NCBI RefSeq assembly: GCF_004010195.1
Contig: NC_057718.1
Location: 54,199,585-54,263,584, forward strand
Source of the DNA: Chiloscyllium plagiosum
Lineage: Eukaryota
Direction of reading: 5' to 3'
DNA: 64,000 nucleotides
The notes beneath the pieces were generated by a model, which saw nothing but the letters and a program-made list of their open reading frames with translations, did not search any database and was not told the DNA's origin. The translations under genes were made by a program, and so were the position numbers. Every line of letters starts with the position of its first letter. The first letter of the stretch is position 1. This document shows positions 52,915 through 64,000 of the stretch, one piece after another.

Positions 52915-53820
52915 GATGCTCCTGTTTATATCTGTCAGCCACACTCCCTGATTGGACCAAATTAATAGAACCAGTCAGGGCACTCATTCCATGAGGTCCA
53001 CCTGACTAACCTCATTCCAATCACTACATCCTTCTCCCACTGATTCCAAGGACATAGGTTGGTTCCTTTTAGTAGCTCTTCATGAGGTATTTTAGCACCA
53101 GGTCAAGTTCATCCAACTCCACCACTGATATAGGCAGTATGTAACACGCAGTAGATCACCTCTTGTGCCTGGAGCGTCTCAGAAGGAGCTCATTCTCCTC
53201 TTCAACTGGAGAAGGCATCAAGACGGCGACATCTCTGTGTCTATCTCAGATTCTGAGGTATCTTCAATACTTGGAGAGGGAAAACCCAGGCACATTTTGC
53301 TTCTGCAACGTTTGCAGTTTTCATATGCTCCTTGTGCTTGTTCAGAACATTCGTGACCCAACCCAAATTTTATACATCACTGGAACGAACCTCACATCAT
53401 ACATGCCTCTTACCCATGCAGCTTCATTCCCTGGTGGTTTCTTCCCCAATATTTGTCCCCTGAAATAAGTTGTCTCTCTCACTTAGCAGAGCCTTTTGAC
53501 CAGCACTGGAGTTCCTGATGCTGTTTCACCCTCCATCAAGGCCTAGGAATATCAGATTTAACCTGGTGCGGAGTCTTCTCCCCATTAGCAATTCTTCTGG
53601 AGCTATCCGTGTAGTTGATTGAAGGGTGGCCCTAAAATCAAATAGGAACCGGGACAATTTGGTATTTAGTGAAGCAGTGGACTGTTTCTTCAAGCCTGCC
53701 TTCAAGGTTTCTGCCAGTCTATTGGATGATGGATGGTATGAAGCTATCCTGACATGATGAGTACCATTCACCTTTAGGAAATTCTTGAATTCCCTACTGA
53801 TAAGTGATGGCCTGTTATCC

Positions 53821-54381
53821 TAGCAGAGCGCTTTAGGGAACATCTCCGAGACACCCACACCAATCAACCAAACCGCCCCGTAGCCCAACATTTCAACTCC
53901 CCCTCCCACTCTGCCGAGGACATAGAGGTCCTGGGCCTCCTTCACCGCCGCTCCCTCACCACCAGACACCTGGAGGAAGAACGCCTCATCTTCCGCCTCG
54001 GAACACTTCAACCCCCCCCAGGTCATCAATGTGGACTTCAACAGCTTCCTCATTTCCCCTTCCCCCACCTCATCCTAGTTTCAAACTTCCAACCCGCACT
54101 GTCCCCTTGACCTGTCCGGACTTGTCCGACCTGCCTAGCTCCTTTTTCACCTATCCACTCCACCCTCTCCTCCCTGACCTATCACCTTCATCTCCTCCCC
54201 CACTCACCTATTCTACTCTATGCTACTTTCTCCCCACCCCCACCCTCCTCTAGCTTATCTTTCCACGCTTCAGGCTCTCTGCCTTTATTCCTGATGAAGG
54301 GCTTTTGCCTGAAACGTCGATTTTGCTGCTTGTCGGATGCTGCCTGAACTGCTGTGCTCTTCCAGCACCACTAATCCAGAA
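53821..54381 (+). mobile_element. Penelope-like element (GIY-YIG C-terminus plus terminal repeat) inserted in the Gypsy integrase
   Basis: FREHLRDT..PVAQHFNSPSHS..LEEERLIFRLGTLQP; hammerhead motif at about 54287-54322. Confidence 0.85.
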
Positions 54382-55286
54382 TCTGTGACCAACACTTGTG
54401 GGAGTCTGTGTATTGCGAAAGGTGCATGCGTTTTTCTATTTTCTTCTCTGTATTTGATGAATGAACTGTACATCCAGCCATTTTGAGTGGGCGAGCACAT
54501 GACTAAGAACACTGAACCAGTGATAGGACCTGTACAGCTGACTTGTAACCGAGTCCAGAGTTTTCCCAGTCAATCTCACAAATGTCGGGAAGCTGCGGGC
54601 AGTAATTTTTGTTCTTGTTGGTATTCTGGACACTGCCCCACCAATGTGGCTATGTCTGCATCAAATCCTGACCATTACACATAACTTCTCACCAACATCT
54701 TCATTTTGGAAACTTCTGCATGATCCTTGTTCAGCCAGTATTTGGCAGCAACCTTTGCTCAAGACAATCACTCTTGCATCCCATAATAATATGGCATCCT
54801 CTATTGTGATCTGGTCTCTCCAAAAAGGTTTCAGTTTTTGTTATGATGACCTTTTGGTTTCTTCCATCGCCACCAGCTGCTCCAGATGTGTCAGGACCTT
54901 TCTGTGTTCAAAGTCTGATATTGTCAGCTGTGACTGGAAATGTGGCCAGAAAATTTAATACTATGACGGAATTTTCCAGTGGCAGTACCACTGGTGGTGT
55001 ATCTGCCAGTGGGAGGGGACTCAATGTTTCCGCATTTGCTACTTGGCCTCCTGGACTGTGTTCTAACTTGTAATTATACTCACTTAGTATTAGAGCCCAC
55101 CATTAAATTTGGGCTGAAGCTATGGGCAGCACTGTCTTGTCCTCTTTAACTGGACCTAGCAGGGGCTTGTGATCCATAATTATTACAAATTTATGTTCAT
55201 AAAGGTATTGGTGAAATTTCCTGACTCCAGATATGACCATCAAACTTTCTTTCTCTATCTGGGCATTTTTATGCTCTGCATTAGCA

Positions 55287-55600
55287 GTAGATTAGATTAG
55301 ATTACAGTGTGGAAACAGGCCCTTCGGCCCAACAAGTCCACACCGACCCGCCGAAGCGAAACCCACCCATACTCCTACATTTACCCCCTACCTAACACTA
55401 CGGGCAATTTAGCATGGCCAATTGACCTAACCCTGCACATCTTTGTGACTGTGGGAGGAAACCGGAGCACCCGGAGGAAACCCACGCAGACACGGGGAGA
55501 ATGTGCAAACTCCACACAGTCAGTCGCCTGAGTCGGGAATTGAACCCGGGTCTCAGGCGCTGTGAGGCAGCAGTGCTAACCACTGTGCCACCGTGCCGCC
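55287..55600 (-). mobile_element. Young HE1-type SINE inside Gypsy RNase H
   Basis: CpG-rich intact tRNA head and (TCTAA)n tail. Confidence 0.92.
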
Positions 55601-58034
55601 CACTTGTAGTCCTAGATACAAATGTTGTTGAGTATTCCTCTCCATTGCACCATCTGTGAGCTAATACGACCCCAATACTGCATGGTGAGTCATCGTTTGT
55701 CAATACTAGGTCTCCCTTGGGGTTATAGTGTGCCAAGACCTTAGAGTATGATAACTGTTTCTTCACTTCTCTGAAAGCGCTGGCTTGGCTACACGACCAT
55801 TTCCAAGGCTGGCTTTTTTTTTAAGAGTTGATGCAAAGGTCCCAGGTTATAGGCCAGGTTATATATGAACTTTCCATTAAAATACATCAGCCATAGGAAA
55901 GACCTAAGCTCCAGGACAGATGTGGGAGCCTTTGATCACCCTCACTTTATTTTCTAATGGATTTAACCCAGTTATCTTGACTCTGTAGCCCAATTAGGTC
56001 ACTTGGGTGCCTGGAACACACATTGTTCCCTCCTAAGGTGTACAACTACCTGTGAGAAATGGCTAAAGTTTATGTCCAAGTTCTTTAAGTGCTCCTTATT
56101 GGTTTTCCCTGTTATTAGCATATCATCCAGATAAATGGGGATCTGGGGTAGACCTTATAAAATGTTCTCCAACATCCACTGAAAAATTACACAGGCTGAC
56201 GTTACCCCAAATGGTACAAACTGTTATGGGTACTAATTGTGGCAACCTCTGGGAAGCCTCATCCAACCATAATTGAAAGTATGCATGGCTCATGTTCAGC
56301 TTCATGAAGGACAGTCCACCTGCCAGTTTTGCATATAACTCCACAATGCAAAGGTTTGGGTTTTTATCCAGTTGTGAGAAGCGGCTTACTGTTTGGTTAA
56401 AATCCTCACAAAGACAGATCGACATGTCAGGCTTCACAATCAGTATGACTGGTGCTGCCCATTCCACAAACAGGACTGATCTGATGATTCCTTTGCTTTC
56501 CAGCCTTCTGATTTCTGCCACTACTTTTGCCAATAAGGCAAATAGCACTAGGCAAACCTTGCAGAATAATGAAATAGCTTCCTGCTTAACATGCAAGGTG
56601 GCCTTGGCTTCTTTGATAGTCCCTAGACCTTCCTGAAAAACTTCCAGGTATTTAATTAGGACTTCACTCAGATAGCCATTTTCTAATCAAAAAGTGTTGA
56701 GCCAATGCAAGTGAATTTTCATCAACCAATTTCAGGCCATTAAGTTTGAGCCTTTTACTACAATCAGTGGTAACTGAACTAACTGCTTCTCATAAGAGAC
56801 CGGAACTAAAGCTGTCCCCCTAGTCTATGAAGGTTCCACAGTATAAGTTCTCAGTCTAGCTGAGACCTTGCACAAACTTAAGGATTGGAGTCCAGAGAAC
56901 GTTTTGTGAAAGACTGACTCTGTAATCACTGAAACAGTTGGATCTGTGTCAATTTCCATTAGAACCAGGTGACCATTTAACCAAATGTTTGTTCTGATTA
57001 GTTCTGATTTAGGCATTGCCACATAATCCATCTGTTCCAAAGCAGACATTGTTGGACTTTCCAGGGTGTACACTCTCCTGGATACTGACCTATTAGTTCC
57101 TTTACTCCATTTTAGTTTAGTGGGACTCTTTTGCTCTCTTGAGTCTGCATACTGACAGCAACTACAATAGTTTGCTGAAGAAAATGTTAACCATTTGGTC
57201 AAGGCTTGGTTTCGTTTTGGACTTTTCCTGTGAACTGACCTAGAGTTCCTCTGTTCAGGATATGTCTGAGTGAGGCTATGCAATTGCCTTCAGTCAAGTG
57301 GTGTTCGCCAAGCTCAGTCAGACTGGCAAGAGTGTGGAGTTCCATCCAAATACCCTGCAACTCATATGCTCCACTTTCCACATTTTCCAACGACAAAGTT
57401 GTGGTGCCTGTTTGAAGTCCAGTTGGGCTTCAACTAGTTGACTTTTTGATGGTTACATCATTAATCCCACAAACCAAATGGTCTCTCAGCATCTCATTAA
57501 GGGTTAAACAAAAGTCACATGCATCTGCTAGCCATTTTAATCTAGTCAAAAATCCTGATACTGATTCCCCTGGTTCTTGAATTGCTGAATAAACCAATAG
57601 CACCTCAGAATTAGAGGATGCTTGGTGTCATATAATTCCTTAATTAAGTCCGTCAACTGTTGAAAGTTTTAGCATCTGGTACTTCAGGGAATGTTAGGCT
57701 CCTAATAACTAAAAAACTGCAGATCCACAAGCTTTCAGGAGAATTAATCATTGCTTTTCATCTGCTCCAATGTAATTTGCCTAAAAAAAATGCATTCTTT
57801 CCTCATACTGGATCCAGGCTTCGACAGCAGGATCGAACAAGTCAGGCTACCCAAATAACACTATTACGCCAAAAATGCTTACCCCAACTCTCTTCAGGAG
57901 CATGCTTTTCTCCCATTGCCACTGAAATAACTCCACAGTGGCCAAGTCACCCTTGATCTACTTATGGAGAGTCCTTGACACTGATGCAGTTCCTCCAGAG
58001 CCAGCTCTCAAAATGAACAGGTAGTCTGACACTC

Positions 58035-58577
58035 ATGCAACTCTGGTCTCCTTCCTATCAGAAGGATGTTGTGAAATTTGAAAGGGTTCAGAAAAGATTT
58101 ACAAGAATGTTGCCAGGGTTGAAGGATTTGAGCAATAGGGAGAGGTTAAATAGGCCGGGGTTGTTTTCTCTGGAGTGTCGGAGGCTGAGGGGTGACCTTA
58201 TAGAGGTTTATAAGATCATAAGGGGCATGGATAAGATAAATAGACAAAGTCTTTTCCCTGGGGTGGGAGAGTCCAGAACTAGAGGGGCATCGGTTTAAGG
58301 TGAGAGGGGAAAGACATAAAAGACACCTAAGAGGCAACTTTTTCACACAGAGGTTGGTGCTTGTATGGAATGAGCTGCCAGAGGAAGTGGTGGAGGCTGG
58401 TACAATTGCAACATTTAAGAGGCATTTGGATGGGTCTATGAATAGTAAGGGTTTGGAGGGATATGGGCCAGGTGCAGGCAAGTGGGATTACATGGGTTGG
58501 GATATCTGGTCGACATGGACAAGTTGGACTAAAGGGTCGTTACCATGCTGTACATTTCGATGACTCTATGGCTCTAT
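58035..58577 (+). mobile_element. 5'-truncated CR1 inside the Gypsy 5' LTR
   Basis: QLWSPSYQKDVVKFERVQKRFTRM; gactctatg tail. Confidence 0.9.
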
Positions 58578-58581
58578 GTTC

Positions 58582-58830
58582 TTTTTTTTTGACACTTCTT
58601 TTTTTTTAAAACCCCCACACTACCGCCTAACTGCGGTAGTGCTTATTTGGCTCTATGTTCATTTTTTTTTTTTTTTATTTTATTAAACAAATTACAAAAC
58701 AGTTTACAAAAAAAAACATTGACAGCTGTACACAAAAGACAGCAATTTTACAAGGGAGAGGAGCAGCAAAGCTAGGCCCTGAACCCTACCGTTCAACCAA
58801 TTTACAGGGAGAGGAGGACAAACCTCAAAT
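58582..58830 (-). mobile_element. Two stacked poly(A)-tailed L1/Tx1 3' stubs (58582-58648; 58661-58830)
   Basis: Three copies of ggctctatgttc (58570, 58649, 58831). The first stub matches the Tx1 3' end ctaactgcggtagtgcttattt. Confidence 0.8.
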
Positions 58831-59644
58831 GGCTCTATGTTCATATCTGTCAGGCAGGGCTCCCTGATTGGATAAAAGTAACAGCAGCAATCAGGGAACT
58901 CATACTCTATGAGATCCATCTAGCTGGCCTCATTACAATGATTAAAATCAGCTAATAGTTCCTTTCAGTTCACTGTCAAAATAAACCTCCAGACTTTGCA
59001 ATCAGGTTTGTACACCTAAGTGTTAGAATTAGAATTAGGATTGGAATTGGGATCTGAATTAGATTTTAGAATTTAGTCTTTAGAATTAGATTTTACTGTC
59101 ACGTGTATTCAAGCACAGGGATACAGGACTACAGTGAAATATGAACAAAATTTCCATTCTCCATTGCCATTGTATGTAAAAAAAAACAATTTAACAGAAG
59201 CAACCATCTTAGATACAAAAACAAACAGAAATATAAGAAACAGAGACAAGAAGAAAGGAAAAACCAATTATAATTTTCAGATGAGAATTTCAAACTGGTG
59301 ACAACATAACATAACGGCCCTGAGAGAATGACTTTTACATTTGTACATTTATTGTCCAGAATAATGCTTCAAATGTCAAAGGTGCTGATGCAAGAAATAA
59401 ATAATTCTTTCATCATTACATTATACCTGCTCCCAAAGGTACATTTATCTTAACAGAAATAAAGTGCATGAAATATTAACACGCTGCTCAGACAATAGGA
59501 TGTTAGGCTACTGTATCACTCTGTGCAAATAGAGAAATAATCTTTGTCAACTGAAAAAACAGGGAAGCCAAGAAGTTAAATGTGCATTGCTTTGACTGAG
59601 AGCTGAGAGATTTGGAAGCACTCCACAATGCTGAAATTGACTAG

Positions 59645-59768
59645 GCAAAAGTGAGGACTGCAGATGCAGGAATTTAGAGTGAGAGTGTGGTGCTAGAAAA
59701 GCACAGAAGGTCAGGCAGTATCCGAGGAGCAGGAGAATTGACATTTTGGGCAAAAACCCTTCATCTGA
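59645..59768 (-). mobile_element. PLE terminal fragment
   Basis: aaagtgaggactgcagatgc..ggtcaggcag..cccttcatc. Confidence 0.7.
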
Positions 59769-61076
59769 AATTGGGCCTGTTTACAAGAGGTACAACTGCT
59801 ATACCTGAAACACTCCCTGACCAATCAAGCTATGATATACTTTGCCTTCCATTTTCTAGAACCTCTTGGATGAATGCCAAGGAGACAACAAAGATAAATC
59901 AGTGTAGTCCCAGAGGAGTACTTTTCTCTATTGGAGAGAGATGGCAATGGTAATGGTTTAACCTGAGAGTCACCGTGCCTCAGGTAAGAGGTTAGGTTGA
60001 GTAGGTGGGACCATCATGGTAAACTCAGCCAGTGCAGGAATTGAACCCATGCTGCTGGCATTCCTCACAAGCTGTCCATCTAACTGGCCCCCTTAAGAAA
60101 CAATACAAATAAAGATTAAATTTAGGACCTGTAGTCCACCATTTGACCCTCCAACCTGCTCTACCATTTGGTAAAATCATGGCTGATTTGATGATGGTCT
60201 CAACCCAGTTTCCTGACCATGCCAATCCTCTCCCCCCCCCCCCCCCCCCCCCCCCACCAACCCCCCTTGGAATCCTTTGCTAGTCAAGAACCTATCTACT
60301 TCTGCTTGCATATTCAATGACCCTGCCACCACTGTCTGGGGAGAGAATTCTGCAGGCTTATGAGCATCAGAGGGAAAGAAAAAGTTCTCATTATCAATGA
60401 GATGAATAGCTTGAGCACTCCTTGTAAGTTGATGAAATTCTGGAATTTTAAAATAATTAAAAACTGTCCACCTAACAAATCCAATTACAACTCCCCCCAA
60501 AAAATTCACTTTGACAATCAATCAATACATTGCAAGTTTCTGTTTGAGATTGGTCCCTCACTTCAGATGTGTTTTACACAGACTGAAGGGATCGAAAAGC
60601 CAAATTATTTTGAAACTCTTGCCTTAGAGTTGCTATAGCAACCTTCATTTGTTATGAGTTCAAACCAGATGTTTTCTCCAGTTGAACATTTTAATTAATT
60701 CTCCGTCACGTTTTCAATTGCTGGAAATAAATGCTTGGATAATTTCTCTCCCCGTAGCTGTTTCATTTTATTAAAGATTGTAATAAATTAAAGTTTAAAA
60801 ATATGGCATCTTTTCTCTCTTCATTGTATAAGTTATTTTGTTCTTTCTGTCCTTTCACGACCAGATCATTGCATTCACTGTTGGAAAATACAGGGAGGCA
60901 ACATATATCTAAGACTCTGTTCGTGTTGTTCTTGAGCCACCTGCTGGAAGGTATGTTTGAACACTGCAGATTTAAATCTCTGAACTTATCCTCATTTTAC
61001 TGAGAGGCATGATTCAATGTAGAGCTCATTGTTAGAATTGTGAAAAGACTAGTAAACTACTAATCACCCACCTGCA

Positions 61077-61112
61077 ATTCCTGAAGAAGGGCCTGTGCCC
61101 GAAACGTCGAAT
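61077..61112 (+). ncRNA. Minimal type I hammerhead ribozyme motif in PLE terminus (61078-61205)
   Basis: attc-CTGAAGA-a-gggc ctgt gccc-GAAA-CGTC-gaat: core, stem I and stem II are intact. TSD acctgcaa flanks the insert. Confidence 0.75.
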
Positions 61113-61314
61113 CTCCTGTTCCCTGGATGCTGCCTGACCTGTTGTGCTGTTCCAGCAATAAAGTTTCAACTTTGATCTCCAGCATCTGCAGACCTCACTT
61201 TCTCCACCTGCAACTCTAACCCTAACCCATGAGTATGTACAGGGCATAAAACAAGTTCAAAGTTTACTACCTCAGCAAGATAAGATCAACAAGTATTCTA
61301 GTTGTTAGCAGAAA

Positions 61315-63183
61315 GGGTAGTGTTGTGACATTGTTAGTCAATCAATAATACTGAGAACCAGAATGGTGTTCTGGATACATGGGTTTGAATGTCACCAAAT
61401 CAGATGGTGAAAATTGATTTCTCCAATTCTAGAAAATCTGTAAGTACAACTAATCTAATGGTGACTGTGTAATAATTGTTAACAAAAGCCTAATCTGCTA
61501 ACATTGTTTAGGGAAGGAAATGTTGATTTTACCCCGTCTGGTAGATGTGTGACTCCAAATAGGAGAAAGTGAGGTCTGCAGATGCTGGAGATCAAAGTTG
61601 AAACTTTATTGCTGGAACAGCACAGCAGGTCAGGCAGCATCCAGGGAACAGGAGATTCGACGTTTCGGGCACAGGCCCTTCTTCAGGAATGAGCAGAGAG
61701 TGCTTCAAGGAAGGCATCCTTGTAAGAGGATTCGCAGTAGGTTGAAATCTTCGAGGAGAAAGTGAGGTGACTCCAAATCCATAGCAAATTTGGTTGTTTT
61801 CTAACTGTCCTCTAAAATGGCCTAGCAAGTTACATAATTGTATCAAGACTGCAACAAAGCTTAAAGAAAGGAAGAAAATCAGATTAGCTACCCAGCATCA
61901 ACCTAGGCACCAGAAACCACAGCAGCAGTCTCAGCCCTATTCACCCTGCAAAGTTCTCCTTAACAATGTTTATGGATTTGTGCTGAAATTGGGATAGCTA
62001 TTACACAGATTCTTCAAGCAACAGTCTGACATTATCATAGTTACAGAATTGTACCTTATAGACAATGTCCCAGATACCACCAGCACCATCCTTTGTTATG
62101 TCCTGTCCAAGCAGCAAGATAGATCCACCAGAGATGGTGCCACAGTGATATACAAACAGGAGGGTGTTGCCCAGGGGAGTCTTCAACACTGACTCTGAGC
62201 CCCATGAAGTCTCATGGTATCAGGTCAAACATGCACTCCACATGATATCAAGAAACAAATGAAGGCACTGGATACTGGAAAGGCATTGGAAGCTGTAAAT
62301 ACTAGAAATCTAACAACTTTCCAGCAATAGTACCTGTGTTCCAGAGCGATCTGTATTCCTAGCCAAATTCTCCCAACAATTCTGGCATCTATGCAGCAGT
62401 ATGAAAAATTGTCCATGTACATCCTGTCCACAAAAGCCAAACAACTCAAACCTGGCCAATAACCATCAATCATACTTTTAAAAAATTCACTCATAGGCTG
62501 TTACTTGTTTGGCCAGCATTTGTTAACGAATCTTTGTTGCCCTTGAGAAGGTGGTGGTGAACTGCCTTCTTGAACCATTGAAGACCATGTGTTATAGGAG
62601 ACTCATTATGCCATTATGGAGACAATTCCAGGAATATGAATCAACAATACTAAAGGAATAACAATAGGAATCCAAGTCAGGAGGGTGAATGTCTTGGAGG
62701 GGTACTTGCAGTTGATGGTGTTTCCATGTATCTGCTGCATTTGTCCTTCCACGTGGAAGTTGTTTTGGAAGGTGCTGTCTAAGTCAGCACTTTCAACATG
62801 CAGTACAGTGGCAGCAGTGTATACCATTTACCAGATGCACCAGATTAACTCACCTAGCCTCCTTTGATTGTACCTTTCAAACCCAAAACCACTACCACTT
62901 AGGAGAAGGGCAGCCGATAGATGAGAACACCATCAACTGCAAAATACCCTTCAAGGCTCAAACCTTCCAGACTTGACATTTTTTAACTGCTCTTTCTCTG
63001 TCACTGGGTAAAAATTCTGAATTTCCTTCCCTAATGGCATTGTAGGTCTCCCTGCACCAAATGGACTGCAAACGTTCAAGAAGGTAGTTCACCACCAGCC
63101 TTCTCAAAGACAGCTAGGGATGGGCAATAAATGCCGCCCAGCCAGCGACAACCACATCCCATGAAAGAATATGAATGAAAAAA
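61315..63183 (+). mobile_element. LINE family B relic: tRNA-like 5' head, APE endonuclease, RT fragments, 3' end
   Basis: NVYGFVLKLG*LLHRFFKQQSDIIIVTELYL..KQQDRSTRDG; inverted 3' piece at about 62520-62785; tail cccatgaaagaatatgaatgaaaa. Confidence 0.7.
61561..61766 (-). mobile_element. PLE terminal fragment with intact hammerhead (61655-61690)
   Basis: Reverse complement of 61078-61205; TSD gtgactccaaat on both sides; internal direct repeat aggagaaagtgagg. Confidence 0.8.
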
Positions 63184-64000
63184 TTAGAGCTAGGCAGCCA
63201 TATCTCACAAATAAGTGTTAAAAAAGTGTTTCAGTATCAGTCAAAATGTATGCTCTCAGTAACAATAAAACGGTCTGTTCAATCAATGTCACTTTATCAC
63301 AATTTTTTGTGAATTATTGAATTACTATAATTCAGCAAAAGTTTTAAATTATTCTAAGATAAGGATAACATAATATTATGAACATTTATAAAAAGGATAT
63401 GTAAAAATATAATCACAGCATCCATGATCATGCATTCATCAGACAGTACATCATCACATGCTGCAACATCCATGTATGATAACTACAAGGAGATGCTGAA
63501 GAACAGAAGGGAAGGTTTAGAAGGATCGAAGGGAATTCCTCCCCTTTCCAATTTTATTCTGTATGTTCAGACATCTTTAGTCCTATGATATTCACTTGTT
63601 GCTATGGAAGCATGCTCCCTGCAGAGCACTACTTCAGCGAGCATACTTTGTTAATTAATGAAATGGCTTCACGCCAACGCCAAAAATCTTCTGCACTGGT
63701 GACATTATCATTCAATGCATTTTCACCTCGAATCAAATTCTGAAACTCTAGTGACAGATACATTCTGTGGCTTTGTGATTAATTAACATGGACCAGAATT
63801 GCTCTAACAATATGAATCAAAATCATTAGTAACTCCTACCAGTGAATTTTAGCTGCAAGCAGCTTCTGTCCAGAAAACTGCTCTGAGGAGTTAATTTCCT
63901 GTCTGGCAGAGGCCATGCCTGGCATTATTTAAATGTCACCAGTTTGTTTCCTTTCTCATAAATGAACATCAGTTGACTTCCTTGGAGGGTGTCTTCAATC

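Larger units (their letters stand above)
51999..58946 (-). mobile_element. Near-complete degenerate Gypsy LTR retrotransposon
   Basis: 5' LTR 58946-57923; PBS-like gtggcaatgggag; gag FDPAVEAWIQYEERM; PR MEIDTD; RT WAAPVILIVKPD..; RH LAHYNPKGDLVL; IN SYHPSSNRLAE; PPT 53029-53040; 3' LTR 53028-51999. No matching TSD seen. Confidence 0.88.

Noticed and set aside
58570..58842. CRISPR-like repeat-spacer array (ggctctatgttc x3)
   Set aside because: Eukaryotic context, 12-bp repeats and unequal poly(T)-led spacers; these are TSDs.
59022..59095. Telomere-like repeat
   Set aside because: Degenerate (TTAGAA)n, more likely a LINE tail than TTAGGG.
894..62867. Many 60-130 aa ORFs as host genes
   Set aside because: They are alternative or antisense frames of SINE, LINE and LTR sequence, or chance ORFs with no recognisable domain.
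63647..63748. Minus-strand exon (FQNLIRGENALNDNVTSAEDFWRWREAI)
   Set aside because: Weak acceptor and no recognisable protein; unsupported.

Overview
This is vertebrate nuclear DNA, almost certainly from a cartilaginous fish (shark), judged from HE1-type tRNA-derived SINEs paired with HER1/CR1 LINEs. I found no intact host protein-coding gene; the window is intronic or intergenic and mostly made of nested transposable elements. These include CR1 and L2-group LINE fragments, HE1 SINEs, Penelope-like element (PLE) fragments carrying minimal hammerhead ribozyme motifs, two degenerate class I-like endogenous retroviruses (1097-3701; 21530-26061, internally inverted and partly copied in a 2501-bp tandem duplication), a Harbinger transposase relic, a Gmr1-type Gypsy relic, and a near-complete Gypsy element (51999-58946). 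The most striking observation is that all three copies of one Gypsy LTR family (50724, 51999, 57923) are interrupted at the same position, at the LTR TATA box, by Tx1/L1-type retrotransposon insertions. This suggests a site-specific retrotransposon that parasitises another retrotransposon's promoter. All calls come from reading and aligning by eye; no database search was run, and boundaries without target-site duplications (TSDs) are approximate.
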